IMG/VR virus record: IMGVR_UViG_3300037424_000915
Span: 1 to 35,349 of that record
Reading direction: 5' to 3' (one strand)
DNA length: 35,349 nt
Origin: a virus
Lineage: Duplodnaviria > Caudoviricetes
The translations under genes were made by a program, and so were the position numbers. The notes under the pieces were generated by a model, which ran no database searches, was not told the DNA's origin, and saw only the letters and a list, made by a program, of their open reading frames with translations. Below, one piece after another: positions 1 to 8,954 of this stretch (position 1 is the first letter of the stretch; each line of letters starts with the position of its first letter).

Positions 1-95
1 TCGACGGCGCGCCGATCCTGTTCCCGCGCAACGGCTCAGTCGTGGCGGCCTCCAGCCTGCTGATCTCGGGCGACTGGACGCAGCTGGTGTACTCG
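1..95 (+). repeat. Imperfect terminal direct repeat, left copy
   Basis: Aligns without gaps to 35255-35349 at 87/95 identity; positions 54-95 are identical. Confidence 0.95.
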
Positions 96-296
96 ATCCG
101 CCAGGACATCACCTACAAGGTGCTGGACCAGGCCGTGATCCAGGACAACACCGGCGCCATCGTCTACAACCTGGCGCAGCAAGACATGGTCGCCCTGCGG
201 GCCGTCCTGCGCCTCGGCTGGCAGCTGCCGAACCCGATCAACCGCATGAACGCGGTGGCCGGCACCCGCTACCCCTTCAGCATCTTGCAGGCCTAG
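3..296 (+). CDS. Major capsid protein, C-terminal part (HK97 fold)
   Basis: [26 protein letters not shown]...[18 protein letters not shown] is a typical HK97-family C-terminus and continues the frame of 34594-35349. Confidence 0.93.
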   Translation, partial: DGAPILFPRNGSVVAASSLLISGDWTQLVYSIRQDITYKVLDQAVIQDNTGAIVYNLAQQDMVALRAVLRLGWQLPNPINRMNAVAGTRYPFSILQA

Positions 297-318
297 CCGG
301 AAAGGGATGAGGTGACAC

Positions 319-942
319 ATGGGTAGTCTCTTTCCCTTCAACACCAACTGGCTGCGCAAGGCGCAGACCGACGTCGGGCCGGCGATCAAGAGCGACCTGC
401 TGAGCCCGGTGTGCTTCTCGCCGGGGAGCCCGGCCGTCTCGGACGACGACCGGTTCGTCGTCAGCGTGGACATGAAGGTCGGCGCCTACACGCTGGCGCA
501 GACCACGATGCCCGAGGCGGCGATCGCCCGCAAGCTGCTGATCACGGTGACCACCGACACGGGCGCTGACACGATGGGCACGCTGGCCATCGTGGGCACC
601 GATATCGCCGGCAATGCCATCAGCGAGACGATTGCCCCGGTATCCGCCAGCTCCGTCGAGACGCTCAACGCCTTCAAGACGCTGGTCTCGATCACGGGCG
701 TGGGCTGGATCATCGGGGGCGGCGCCGGAACCGAGGACGCGATCAAGATCGGCACGAGCGAGAGTCTGGGCCTGCCGGACAAGCTCAGCGACACGGCGCA
801 GGTGCTGTGCGCTTCGCTGGCCGCGGTCAAGGAAGCCACGGCTCCGGCTGTGGTCGTGCACGCGACGACCCTGGCCAAGAACACCGTCAACCTCAACTCA
901 GCTCTGGGCGGCACGGCCGTCAAAATCTACTATCTGGTCTAG
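319..942 (+). CDS. Putative capsid decoration/accessory virion protein
   Basis: RBS GAGGTG; directly after the capsid gene; beta-rich Thr/Ala/Gly protein with GTD-x-x-G-x-x-ISETI...AFKTLVSI motif. Confidence 0.6.
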   Translation: MGSLFPFNTNWLRKAQTDVGPAIKSDLLSPVCFSPGSPAVSDDDRFVVSVDMKVGAYTLAQTTMPEAAIARKLLITVTTDTGADTMGTLAIVGTDIAGNAISETIAPVSASSVETLNAFKTLVSITGVGWIIGGGAGTEDAIKIGTSESLGLPDKLSDTAQVLCASLAAVKEATAPAVVVHATTLAKNTVNLNSALGGTAVKIYYLV

Positions 943-978
943 GCGCACGAGCTCGCGCCTGAAGGAGTCAGTGAAACC

Positions 979-1392
979 ATGACCATCTCAGTCGAAACGG
1001 AAGGACGCGGCGCGCTCGTCGTCAAGATCGTCGGCGCGGCCTCGGCGGCGGCCGGCGGGCAGGGTGCCCTGGCCAACCCCGAGGGCAAGATCCTGATGGT
1101 GACGAAGACGACGCTGCACGTCAAGACGCCCTCGACCGGCGCCGCCAACATCGACGTCGGCATCGGAGCTGCGGCCGCGACCGACGCGACCGACATCATC
1201 AACGCCCTGGCGGTGAACGGGGCGATCACGGGCAAGGTCTACAACGGCCATGCCCCCCAGGTCACCGCCAAGACGGAGATCACCGGCCCGATCCCCTGGA
1301 CCACGACCGGCTTCCTGTGCATCACCGGCTCGGCCAGCATGGTCGGGTTCGAGGGCTACCTGTTCGTCGAGTACTTCCGCCTGCCGGCGTAA
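979..1392 (+). CDS. Putative virion structural protein (head accessory)
   Basis: RBS AAGGAG; beta-rich 137 aa protein in the head-neck block. Confidence 0.55.
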   Translation: MTISVETEGRGALVVKIVGAASAAAGGQGALANPEGKILMVTKTTLHVKTPSTGAANIDVGIGAAAATDATDIINALAVNGAITGKVYNGHAPQVTAKTEITGPIPWTTTGFLCITGSASMVGFEGYLFVEYFRLPA

Positions 1393-1415
1393 GCCGACGG
1401 TGGAGGGAATGACAA

Positions 1416-1838
1416 GTGGCGGCCACGGCGGCGCAGATCGCTCAGGTCCGGCGGATGGTGGTGGAGCCGACAGCGGATCCCTACACCGATGAGCTCGTTC
1501 AGGGCTTCATCGAGACGTATCCGCTTCTGGACGTCCTGGGAACGGAACCGTTCCAGATCGACTACACCACCACCCCGCCGACTCAGATCGAGCAGGTGGG
1601 GTGGATCCCGACCTACGATCTCAACGCCGCCGCGGCCGCCATCTGGGAAGAGAAGGCCGGCGTCTTCTCGCAGGACTTCGACTTCCAGGCCGACGGCGGG
1701 AGTTACACCCGCAGCCAGGCCTACGAGCAGGCGATGAAGCAGGCCCGTTACTACCGGGCTCGACGGGCGCCCGGAACCATCGAGATGCTGGCCGTGCCGC
1801 GCAGGCAGCCGAGCCAGGATGAGGAGTACTCAGGATGA
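1416..1838 (+). CDS. Head-tail adaptor (neck) protein
   Basis: Position after capsid genes; QVRRMV...YTDE...DLNAAAAAIWEEKA...DGGSYTRSQ pattern of adaptor proteins. Confidence 0.7.
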   Translation: MAATAAQIAQVRRMVVEPTADPYTDELVQGFIETYPLLDVLGTEPFQIDYTTTPPTQIEQVGWIPTYDLNAAAAAIWEEKAGVFSQDFDFQADGGSYTRSQAYEQAMKQARYYRARRAPGTIEMLAVPRRQPSQDEEYSG

Positions 1839-2098
1839 AGAAGTTCATCTATCAGGATCCCCGCCGGCCGCGCGTCCATAGCCGGCCGATCGATGAGGAC
1901 GACACCAAGGCCCGCCAGATCCTCGAGGGCGGCGGCTGGCGCATCGTCGAAACCATCGACGACGCCGTTTCCCCGGAAACAGTGGAGGCCCCTGAAGCGC
2001 CGGCGACGCCCGAGGCCTCGGCCCCGGCCGAGCCCAAGAAGGGCAAGGGCGGCAAGGGCAAGACGGCCCCTGAAGCGCCGGCGACGCCCGAGGCCTGA
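1835..2098 (+). CDS. Small low-complexity hypothetical protein
   Basis: ATGA overlap with the upstream stop; APEAPATPEA repeated twice; Lys/Gly-rich segment. Confidence 0.65.
   Translation: MKKFIYQDPRRPRVHSRPIDEDDTKARQILEGGGWRIVETIDDAVSPETVEAPEAPATPEASAPAEPKKGKGGKGKTAPEAPATPEA
1987..2096 (+). repeat. 32-bp perfect direct repeat (1987-2018 and 2065-2096)
   Basis: GGCCCCTGAAGCGCCGGCGACGCCCGAGGCCT occurs twice, in frame. Confidence 0.9.
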
Positions 2099-2101
2099 GC
2101 C

Positions 2102-2509
2102 TTGCGCGTCTTCCAGACAGGCGAGCTCACCCGATTCCGGTCGGCCCAGGAGGCGGCGATGATGGATACCGCCGTCCGCCTGGTCTACCGCGAGATCGCG
2201 GCAAACGAATACGGCATGGCCATCAAGGTCTGGTCCGAGGATGAGGAGCTCGCCTGTGGGTACGACGCCACGGCGATCAAGCAGGTCATGGACGGTGCCC
2301 AAGTCATCCTGACCGATGCCCGGCTCCGGCTGCCGAACGGAACGACGCTCGACAACCGGGACCGCTTCAAGGTCACCAAGCGTTTCGGAGAGATCCTGGA
2401 CGACCCGCCCACCTACGAGATCCTGGGCGAGCCGCGCCAGGGACCTAGCGGACTGCTCATCGATCTTCGACTGGTCACAGACGGCAGCGATGCCGCAGAA
2501 GGAGCGTAG
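2102..2509 (+). CDS. Head closure / head-tail joining protein (SPP1 gp16-like)
   Basis: Neck position; NEYG...W...LRLP-x-GT-x-L...DR...YEI pattern. Confidence 0.65.
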   Translation: MRVFQTGELTRFRSAQEAAMMDTAVRLVYREIAANEYGMAIKVWSEDEELACGYDATAIKQVMDGAQVILTDARLRLPNGTTLDNRDRFKVTKRFGEILDDPPTYEILGEPRQGPSGLLIDLRLVTDGSDAAEGA

Positions 2510-2512
2510 CAC

Positions 2513-2854
2513 ATGGCTCAAGTAGCTCTCACCGTTCAGGAGATCCCGCACGGCGGCGCGGCCGAATCGTTCGTCGCCGCGGCGGCGGCCGCCACCGGGA
2601 ACAAGTTTCCCGCCGACGGCAAGACCTGGCTGCACGTCAAGAACACCGGCACGCAGAAGATCCTGACCATCTCGACGCCGGGTACGGTCGATGGCCTGGC
2701 GGTCGCCGAACGGACCATCACGATCCCGGCGACTACAGGCGACATTCTGGTCCCGCCCTTGCCGCCGAGCCAGTACGGCCAGGCGGACAACATGGTCTAC
2801 ATCGACCTGGACCTCGCGACCGCGGTCACCTACTGCGCCTTCCGGGCCGGGTAG
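2513..2854 (+). CDS. Putative virion structural protein
   Basis: RBS AAGGAG; GNKF...WLHVKN...TPGTVDGL motif typical of small beta-sandwich neck/tail-region proteins. Confidence 0.6.
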   Translation: MAQVALTVQEIPHGGAAESFVAAAAAATGNKFPADGKTWLHVKNTGTQKILTISTPGTVDGLAVAERTITIPATTGDILVPPLPPSQYGQADNMVYIDLDLATAVTYCAFRAG

Positions 2855-2863
2855 AGGATCTGA

Positions 2864-3307
2864 ATGCCCGACGCCGAGGTTCGCCTTCGTCTCGATCACG
2901 TCCTGACCACCATCCGGGGCGCAACGCAAAAGGCCCTGGAGGCCGTCGCCTTTCAGACCGAAGGGCGAGCCAAGGTGAAGGTGCGGGACAACGATCAGAT
3001 CGACACCGGCTTCATGCTGAACTCGATCTACACCGTGACGCCCACCTCCAGTGGTTACACGGGAGCCAAGGGCGCAGCTGAAGCGAAGACGAAGAGCGGA
3101 CGAACTGGGCGGGAGACCGAACACTCTGGGGACATGGCCCCGGCGCAGCGACTGCCGCATGGCGTGGCGGCCGCTGTGGCGGTGGGCGCTAACTACGCCA
3201 TCTTCCAGGAGATCAAGAGGTCCTTCCTCTACGCCGGCGCCGAGGAGGCAGCTCGGGAGGCGGGAGGAACCTGCGAGAAGGTCTTCGCGCGAGAGGTCCA
3301 TGACTGA
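2864..3307 (+). CDS. HK97 gp10-like tail completion/neck protein
   Basis: IDTGFMLNSI and VGANYAIFQE motifs. Confidence 0.75.
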   Translation: MPDAEVRLRLDHVLTTIRGATQKALEAVAFQTEGRAKVKVRDNDQIDTGFMLNSIYTVTPTSSGYTGAKGAAEAKTKSGRTGRETEHSGDMAPAQRLPHGVAAAVAVGANYAIFQEIKRSFLYAGAEEAAREAGGTCEKVFAREVHD

Positions 3308-3686
3308 CGAGGCGGCCGTCCTCCGATCGGAGCTCGAGGCGGATGAGGTCCTGGCCGATCTCATCGAGACGCGCCTGTGGGCCGAGACGGACGTCCCAGC
3401 CTCGGGCTACGTGCCAGCGGATGGAGCGGCGATCTGCTTCAAGCTGCGGGGCGGCCTGGACGACTACACGGACGGGCTGCAGCACGACTCGTTTCTGTTC
3501 AAGTGCTACGGCCTCACGCCGCTCCTGGCGAAAGGGTGTTATCGGGCACTGCACGCGGCACTGCAAAACAAGCAGGCGGCCCTCATCAAGTGGGCCCGCC
3601 GGGAGATGATCGGGCAGCTCCTCCAAGAGCCCGAGACCGGCTGGTTCTACGTGCTGACCGCCTACAGAGTCATGATCCAGAACTGA
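3300..3686 (+). CDS. Tail terminator (DUF3168/gp17-like)
   Basis: ATG at 3300 after GAGG, inside the 3051 track ORF; lies just before the tail tube gene; LEAD...LADLIETRLW pattern. Confidence 0.65.
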   Translation: MTDEAAVLRSELEADEVLADLIETRLWAETDVPASGYVPADGAAICFKLRGGLDDYTDGLQHDSFLFKCYGLTPLLAKGCYRALHAALQNKQAALIKWARREMIGQLLQEPETGWFYVLTAYRVMIQN

Positions 3687-3696
3687 GGAGGTTCTC

Positions 3697-4302
3697 ATGG
3701 GCGATCCTGTGGTAAGCAACATTTTCAAGTCGAATGCCGTGATCTGGGTGGCCCCTGTGGGGACGGCGTTCCCGGATCCGGATGACATTGCGGCCGGCGT
3801 CGACTGGGGTGCCAGCTGGGACCGGGTCGGCTTCACCGCCGAACCGGTGACCGTGGCCTACGATCACAGCGAGTCCGAGTTCAAGGTCGAGGAATTCCTG
3901 GCCTCGGTTGCGCGGATGACGACCAGCGAGGGCCTGAAAGTCGAGACCGTTCTCGCCGAGCTCACGGCGACCTATCTCCAGCTGGGTCTGGAGGGGACTG
4001 TCGTCCCAACGGCCGCCGCATCCGGCGTGGCCGGGGTTGAGGACCTGGTCGTCGGAAACGCCGCGCACCGAACAGTGAGAGCGTTCGGGATCGAGGGGCA
4101 GTACGTCAATGCCTCCGGCGACACGCTGCCGCTCCGCTTCTTCATCTACCGGGCGACGCTCCACCTCAACGCCGAGCTGCAGTTCTCGAAGCACGAGGAC
4201 AAGTACACCGGGATCCCGGTCCAGATCCTGGCACTGGCGGACGCGGACAACAGCGGCCGGCTGTTCGCCTTCCAGCGCGTGACCGCGCCTGAGCTGCCGT
4301 AG
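3697..4302 (+). CDS. Major tail (tube) protein
   Basis: RBS GAGGAGG; IWVAPVGTAFP...W-x-x-VGFT motif; 201 aa; precedes chaperone and tape measure. Confidence 0.82.
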   Translation: MGDPVVSNIFKSNAVIWVAPVGTAFPDPDDIAAGVDWGASWDRVGFTAEPVTVAYDHSESEFKVEEFLASVARMTTSEGLKVETVLAELTATYLQLGLEGTVVPTAAASGVAGVEDLVVGNAAHRTVRAFGIEGQYVNASGDTLPLRFFIYRATLHLNAELQFSKHEDKYTGIPVQILALADADNSGRLFAFQRVTAPELP

Positions 4303-4357
4303 GCCGAGGTGGCCGCCAGGGGGGCGGCCACACCCTTCTATCCTCCAGGGAGGTCAC

Positions 4358-4858
4358 GTGCGGACGATTACCGTCAGCCTCGCGGGCCGCGAGTATTCCA
4401 TCCGGCAGCTTCCGATCAAGGCCAACCGGGCCTGGCGCGAGAAGTTCGAGGATCCCATCCAGAGGCTCGTCGGCAGCTTCCGGGATGCTCTGCATCTGAC
4501 CTCCCAGGAGTTCCCCGATGGGAAAGGCCTCCTGCTGGGCGTCGGGGGTTTCCTCGCAACCCACATCGAGGACGTGACCCAGATCCTGCTCGGCTCCTTC
4601 GAGTTGGTGGAGGAAGCGGTCTTCGCGTACGCGCCCGAGATCGCGGCGGACCGGGAACGCCTTGAAGAGGAGGCGTTCGACGACGAGATGATTGCCGCCT
4701 TCCTGAAGGTGGTGCAGCTGGCCTACCCTTTTGGTCAGTTGATGGGACTGGTGGAGAACCTTGGCCAGGTGGGGGCTATGACTTCGCCGAGCTCGCCCGG
4801 TCCCAGTGGGGCGTCTGGGAAGACGAACTCGACGAAAACGAGAAGGCGGGCCTCATGA
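4358..4858 (+). CDS. Tail assembly chaperone (gpG-like)
   Basis: RBS GGAGGT; between tail tube and tape measure; contains slippery heptamer C CCT TTT at 4726-4732. Confidence 0.8.
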   Translation: MRTITVSLAGREYSIRQLPIKANRAWREKFEDPIQRLVGSFRDALHLTSQEFPDGKGLLLGVGGFLATHIEDVTQILLGSFELVEEAVFAYAPEIAADRERLEEEAFDDEMIAAFLKVVQLAYPFGQLMGLVENLGQVGAMTSPSSPGPSGASGKTNSTKTRRRAS

Positions 4859-5025
4859 TGGCCTATGCCCGCCGGAAAGCCTGGGAGAACGGGACACTGG
4901 CCGCCGCTCTTGCCGGCTTCCTGACGTTGCCTGGCGCGGTGGAGGGCCCCCGGCCAGAACGGCGCAGCGGGCCTCGGTGGGTAGCCCCGCATGCTCTCCT
5001 GGCCGAGATGGGAGTCAAGCTCTAG
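4358..5025 (+). CDS. Tail assembly chaperone, -1 frameshift product (gpGT-like)
   Basis: The -1 frame from 4732 stays open for 97 codons (WSVDGTGGEPW...AEMGVKL) and stops at TAG 5023-5025, abutting the tape measure ATG at 5026. Confidence 0.8.
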
Positions 5026-6297
5026 ATGACCATCACCCTGGGCGATGCGGTTCTGTACCTGCGTTCGAAGGACGCCGGGTTAGACCGCGGCCTGAAGCAG
5101 GCCGACTCCAAGTTCAAGACCTTCGGTAGGAACCTCGCCGCGGCATCTGGGGCCGTCCTGGCCGGCTTCACGATGGCCGCTGGTGCGGTGGCCGTCGTCG
5201 CCTCCGGGATCAAGAATCTCACCGACGAGGCCATGAACTATGGCCTGATGGTGGGGGACTTTGCCGGCAAGATGGGGATCCCGGCCGAGGAGGCCTCGCG
5301 GATCCTCCAGGTCGCCGACGACTTCCGGATCTCCAACGAGCAGCTGCTTGTCTCCTTCCGCTTCCTGCAGTCGAAGGGGATCCAACCGACCCTCGCCAAC
5401 CTGGGAGACCTGGCGGACGAGTATCGGGCGATGGAGGATCCTGTCGAGCGCGCCCAGTTCCTCATGAAGAACTTCGGCGCACGCGGTGGAGCGGAGATGG
5501 CGCGCCTCTTGGAGCCGGGGAAAGAGGCGCTGCTAGAGCATGCGGCGGCCATCGGCAAGGGCCTCGTTTTCACGGAGGCCCAAGTGAAGGCCTCCAAGGA
5601 TCTTTACGCGGCCTGGGATGACCTGCAGGACTCGGCCAAGGCGACGACCATCACCTATGGCTCCGCTCTGATGCCCGTGCTGACGGGAGTCCTGGAGTCC
5701 TTCAATCGGATGCTCACGGCATTGATGACGATCAATGAAACGTTGGACAGCGGTGTGCCCCGATGGCTCGCGTTTCCTGTCGCGATGATGCGGCTGAGGG
5801 AAGAGGCTGACCTTGCAGAGCGCTCGCTCGCCAAGACCGGTGAAACAGCCACCGACTCTGGTGGCCGCATCGAAGGCCTGACGAACCAAATTCTGACGAT
5901 CCCGACGCACTCGGATTGGACCTTCCGGATGCACACCCCTTGGAGCTCGGAGGTGACCGAACTCGCCACGCAGCTGCACATCAAGCCAGCCGCCGCCTTT
6001 GTCATGCTGACGCAGGCCAAGGTCATCCGGGATATCGCCGCGAGTGGCGTTCTAACGGGGGACGGGACTACGAAGACAAGGCCCGGCGGGATCTCGAAGA
6101 ACCAAGCCGGCGGCCAAGGCGTGCTGCCGGGCACGGGGAATGCCGAGAGGCCCTACCTGGTTTCCGGCCAGCCCGGTGAGGTGATAACGGTGACGCCGAA
6201 GAGCGAAGTGAATTACTTCCTGGCGGCCAATTACGCCCACCAGTCCGAGCGCAGCCTGCGGGATGATATCCGGGTCCTGGAGCTGCTGCGCGGATGA
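5026..6297 (+). CDS. Tape measure protein (short, 423 aa)
   Basis: TLGDAVLYLRSKD N-terminus, helical Ala-rich body, C-terminal GG...PYLVSGQPGEVITVTP motif, followed by a Dit-like gene. Confidence 0.85.
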   Translation: MTITLGDAVLYLRSKDAGLDRGLKQADSKFKTFGRNLAAASGAVLAGFTMAAGAVAVVASGIKNLTDEAMNYGLMVGDFAGKMGIPAEEASRILQVADDFRISNEQLLVSFRFLQSKGIQPTLANLGDLADEYRAMEDPVERAQFLMKNFGARGGAEMARLLEPGKEALLEHAAAIGKGLVFTEAQVKASKDLYAAWDDLQDSAKATTITYGSALMPVLTGVLESFNRMLTALMTINETLDSGVPRWLAFPVAMMRLREEADLAERSLAKTGETATDSGGRIEGLTNQILTIPTHSDWTFRMHTPWSSEVTELATQLHIKPAAAFVMLTQAKVIRDIAASGVLTGDGTTKTRPGGISKNQAGGQGVLPGTGNAERPYLVSGQPGEVITVTPKSEVNYFLAANYAHQSERSLRDDIRVLELLRG

Positions 6298-7181
6298 CGA
6301 CCCTACTGGAGGCGATCCGGGCGGGCGACACTTACTCGCTGAACGATATCGGCCAGAGCATCCTGCGGCTCGAGCAGGACGGCTTCGGCATGCCTCCCGT
6401 ATCCCGGCTTCAACAGCGTTCGCCGATGCAGCATGGCTCCAGCGACGTGGGCTTCCACCTCGAGGCGCGTAAGGTCAACCTGGTTATCGTGCCCTGGGCG
6501 ACGACCGAAGCGGCCTACTACGATGCCAGGGAGCGGCTGCTGGAGATCTTCAAGCCGGGCGATGACGCCATCACGCTGAAGTACAGCTACCCGACGGGCC
6601 GTGTCCGCCAGCTGGAGACCTTCTTCGAGGGGGGGATGATGTTCGGCACCTCGGAGCGAGAGGGCCTGGCGCACCGCGCCGTCATCTCGCTCTACGCGCC
6701 GGATCCGGTCTGGTACGACCCGGTGGAGCAGACGCTCACCTGGACGATCACTGGCGACAACCAGCTCGTCTTCCCGATCACCTTCCCTATTCAGTTCATC
6801 GCCTCGGTCATCTCTAGCGGCCAGCTCGTCACCTATCCGGGCTCATGGCTCTCCTACCCGACGATCGTCATCACCGGACCGTGCCAGAACCCGAAGATCG
6901 AGAACCTGACCACGAGCGAGAAGCTCGAGCTCCTGTACAACGTCGCTGCCGGCCAGATCGTGACGATCTCCCTGGCCGTCGGGCAGAAGTCGATCACGGA
7001 CAATGCCGGCGTCAACCTGATTGGCGCGCTAACGGGCGACTCGGATCTGGCTACGTTTCACCTGGCCCCGGATCCCGAAGTGGCGGATGGAGAGAACACG
7101 ATCAAGGCGACGCTCGGGGGCGGAACGCCCGGGACGACGGCTGTCCAGTTCCGCTGGTTCGACCGCTACGTTGGGGTCTAG
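6294..7181 (+). CDS. Distal tail protein (Dit, Sipho_tail-like)
   Basis: Directly after tape measure; APDPVWY, FPITFPI, YPTIVITGP-x-x-NP and GEN-x-I motifs. Confidence 0.85.
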   Translation: MTTLLEAIRAGDTYSLNDIGQSILRLEQDGFGMPPVSRLQQRSPMQHGSSDVGFHLEARKVNLVIVPWATTEAAYYDARERLLEIFKPGDDAITLKYSYPTGRVRQLETFFEGGMMFGTSEREGLAHRAVISLYAPDPVWYDPVEQTLTWTITGDNQLVFPITFPIQFIASVISSGQLVTYPGSWLSYPTIVITGPCQNPKIENLTTSEKLELLYNVAAGQIVTISLAVGQKSITDNAGVNLIGALTGDSDLATFHLAPDPEVADGENTIKATLGGGTPGTTAVQFRWFDRYVGV

Positions 7182-7190
7182 GAGAGACAC

Positions 7191-8189
7191 ATGGCTGAGA
7201 GTTCACTTCCCTGGGCAGGCGCTGCGACCGGAGATTGCGGTCCGTACTCCGACGATCAGTGGTCCGACACCTGGCGCAAGCTGTTCCTCCTCGACCGCAC
7301 GACACAGGGCGTGCTGCTGGGTTACGGCAACACTCTCGCCGTGACCGGGGCTACTTCGCCGGTCGCAGTAAATACTGGTGCGGCCCTGGTCGACGGGAAG
7401 TTCTACGAGAACACGGCCTCGGTGAACGTGGCCATTCCGACGCCGGCTGGAGCTACGCGCATCGATCGGATCGTCCTGCGGAAGGACTTCGCCGGCCAGA
7501 CCGTGCGGATCACTCGCATCGCCGGCACAGAGGGGGCCGGAGCGCCAGCCATCACCCAGACCGACGGCACGACGTGGGATATTCCCTTGGCGCAGGCTTC
7601 GATCACGACGGGCGGCATCATCACCGTCACGGACGAACGGTCCTTCGCCAGCACGCCGCTTGCCCAGGGGGGCAAGACCCGGCTTTCGCTTCCTCCGTCG
7701 GCCGGTTTCCCGCCTGATGACTCCTCTGGTAGTGCCGCGGCACAGATCCAGATGAAGCTCACCACTGACGCCACCGATCCGCAGGTCCGCTGGCCGGAGC
7801 TGCTGTTCGACGCCACCACCGAGGAGCACTGGTACTGGTCCTTTGCGATGCCGTCGAACTATGGCAGCGCTCCCATTGTGGACGTGTACTACAAGGCGAC
7901 GTCGGCCGTCGCGGGTACGGCGGCTTTCAACGCCAAGCTGATGGCCGTCACGCCGGGCGATGCCGCCGATGTAGACGCCGACGAGTTCGCCGCCGAGCAG
8001 ACGGCCGGGTCGGAGACCGTCCCAGGGACGGCCGGCTTCCTCAGCAAGATCTCCATCCCGCTGACCAATGCCGACTCGGTGGCGGCCAACGACCTCGTTG
8101 TCCTTGCCGTCTTCCGCGACGTGAGCGTCGACGGCGTCGCAGGCGACCTCGAGGTCCCGATGGTCGTCCTGCGCTACACAGGTGCATGA
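7191..8189 (+). CDS. Minor tail/baseplate protein
   Basis: V-x-x-GAALVDG-x-FYEN, RIDRIVLR and WDIPLA...TDER motifs plus a beta-rich C-terminal domain. Confidence 0.75.
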   Translation: MAESSLPWAGAATGDCGPYSDDQWSDTWRKLFLLDRTTQGVLLGYGNTLAVTGATSPVAVNTGAALVDGKFYENTASVNVAIPTPAGATRIDRIVLRKDFAGQTVRITRIAGTEGAGAPAITQTDGTTWDIPLAQASITTGGIITVTDERSFASTPLAQGGKTRLSLPPSAGFPPDDSSGSAAAQIQMKLTTDATDPQVRWPELLFDATTEEHWYWSFAMPSNYGSAPIVDVYYKATSAVAGTAAFNAKLMAVTPGDAADVDADEFAAEQTAGSETVPGTAGFLSKISIPLTNADSVAANDLVVLAVFRDVSVDGVAGDLEVPMVVLRYTGA

Positions 8190-8953
8190 TGGCCGTTGAC
8201 TTCGACGGGGTGAGCGACTATCTGGATTGTGGCTCTGGAGCATCCATCGACGACATCTGGGATGGCGGCGGGGCCGTTGCGTTCCGGTTGAGGTTAGACA
8301 GCGACCCTGGAGACGGCACGAGCTTTGGCCTGGTGGACCAGAGCAACAACACCCCCTCCACGGGATACGCCATCATGATCGCGAACGACCCCGGAGCGAC
8401 GACGCAAGACCGCTCTCTCCGCCTGCGGGTTTGTTGGGCCAGCAGCGATGGCGATTGGTATCTCCCTGAAACCGACACCCCGCCCAACGGGACGTGGTGG
8501 CACGTCGTCATTAACTACAACGCCGACGCCGCGGCAAACGATCCTGTGATGTACGTCGATGGAGTATCCAAGGCTGTGACCGAGAGCGTCGCCCCAACGG
8601 GCGCCGCAAGAAGCTCTGGCGCCGCCTCCAATGTCGAGATTGGCAGATTCCTTGTGGCCGCCGCCTCCCAAACAGTCGATGGACAGATGGAGGACGTGCG
8701 CCTTTTCAATCGCATCCTCACCCCCCAAGAGGCCCTCATCCTCGCCTCTGGCTACCGCGGCCCGCTCGGGGGCGAGGTGCTGTGGCTGCCGATGGATGGT
8801 GCTCGCGCCATTGCGCACTTCGACGGTGCAGCGCTGGTGGCGGCCACGAATTACCTGAACGACATGTCCGGCAACGGGAACCACGGCAACCCCAGCGGGA
8901 GTCCTTTGGGCTACGCCAGCGACTGCCCGCGGCTGGGCGGGATCACCGACTGA
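8186..8953 (+). CDS. LamG/concanavalin A-like domain tail protein (candidate receptor-binding)
   Basis: FDGVSDY, WWHVV, MYVDG, GQMEDVRLFNRILT and DMSGNGNHG motifs. Confidence 0.85.
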   Translation: MMAVDFDGVSDYLDCGSGASIDDIWDGGGAVAFRLRLDSDPGDGTSFGLVDQSNNTPSTGYAIMIANDPGATTQDRSLRLRVCWASSDGDWYLPETDTPPNGTWWHVVINYNADAAANDPVMYVDGVSKAVTESVAPTGAARSSGAASNVEIGRFLVAAASQTVDGQMEDVRLFNRILTPQEALILASGYRGPLGGEVLWLPMDGARAIAHFDGAALVAATNYLNDMSGNGNHGNPSGSPLGYASDCPRLGGITD

Positions 8954-8954
8954 G

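Noticed and set aside
1-95. DGR template/variable repeat pair explaining the mismatched terminal repeat
   Set aside because: Mismatches are mostly synonymous and include C/G swaps rather than being adenine-specific, and no reverse transcriptase is encoded.
1751-3364. 537-aa minus-strand ORF
   Set aside because: Antisense shadow of well-supported neck genes in high-GC DNA; no motifs.
4303-4345. Terminator after the major tail gene
   Set aside because: Only a weak imperfect stem, with no convincing U-tract.
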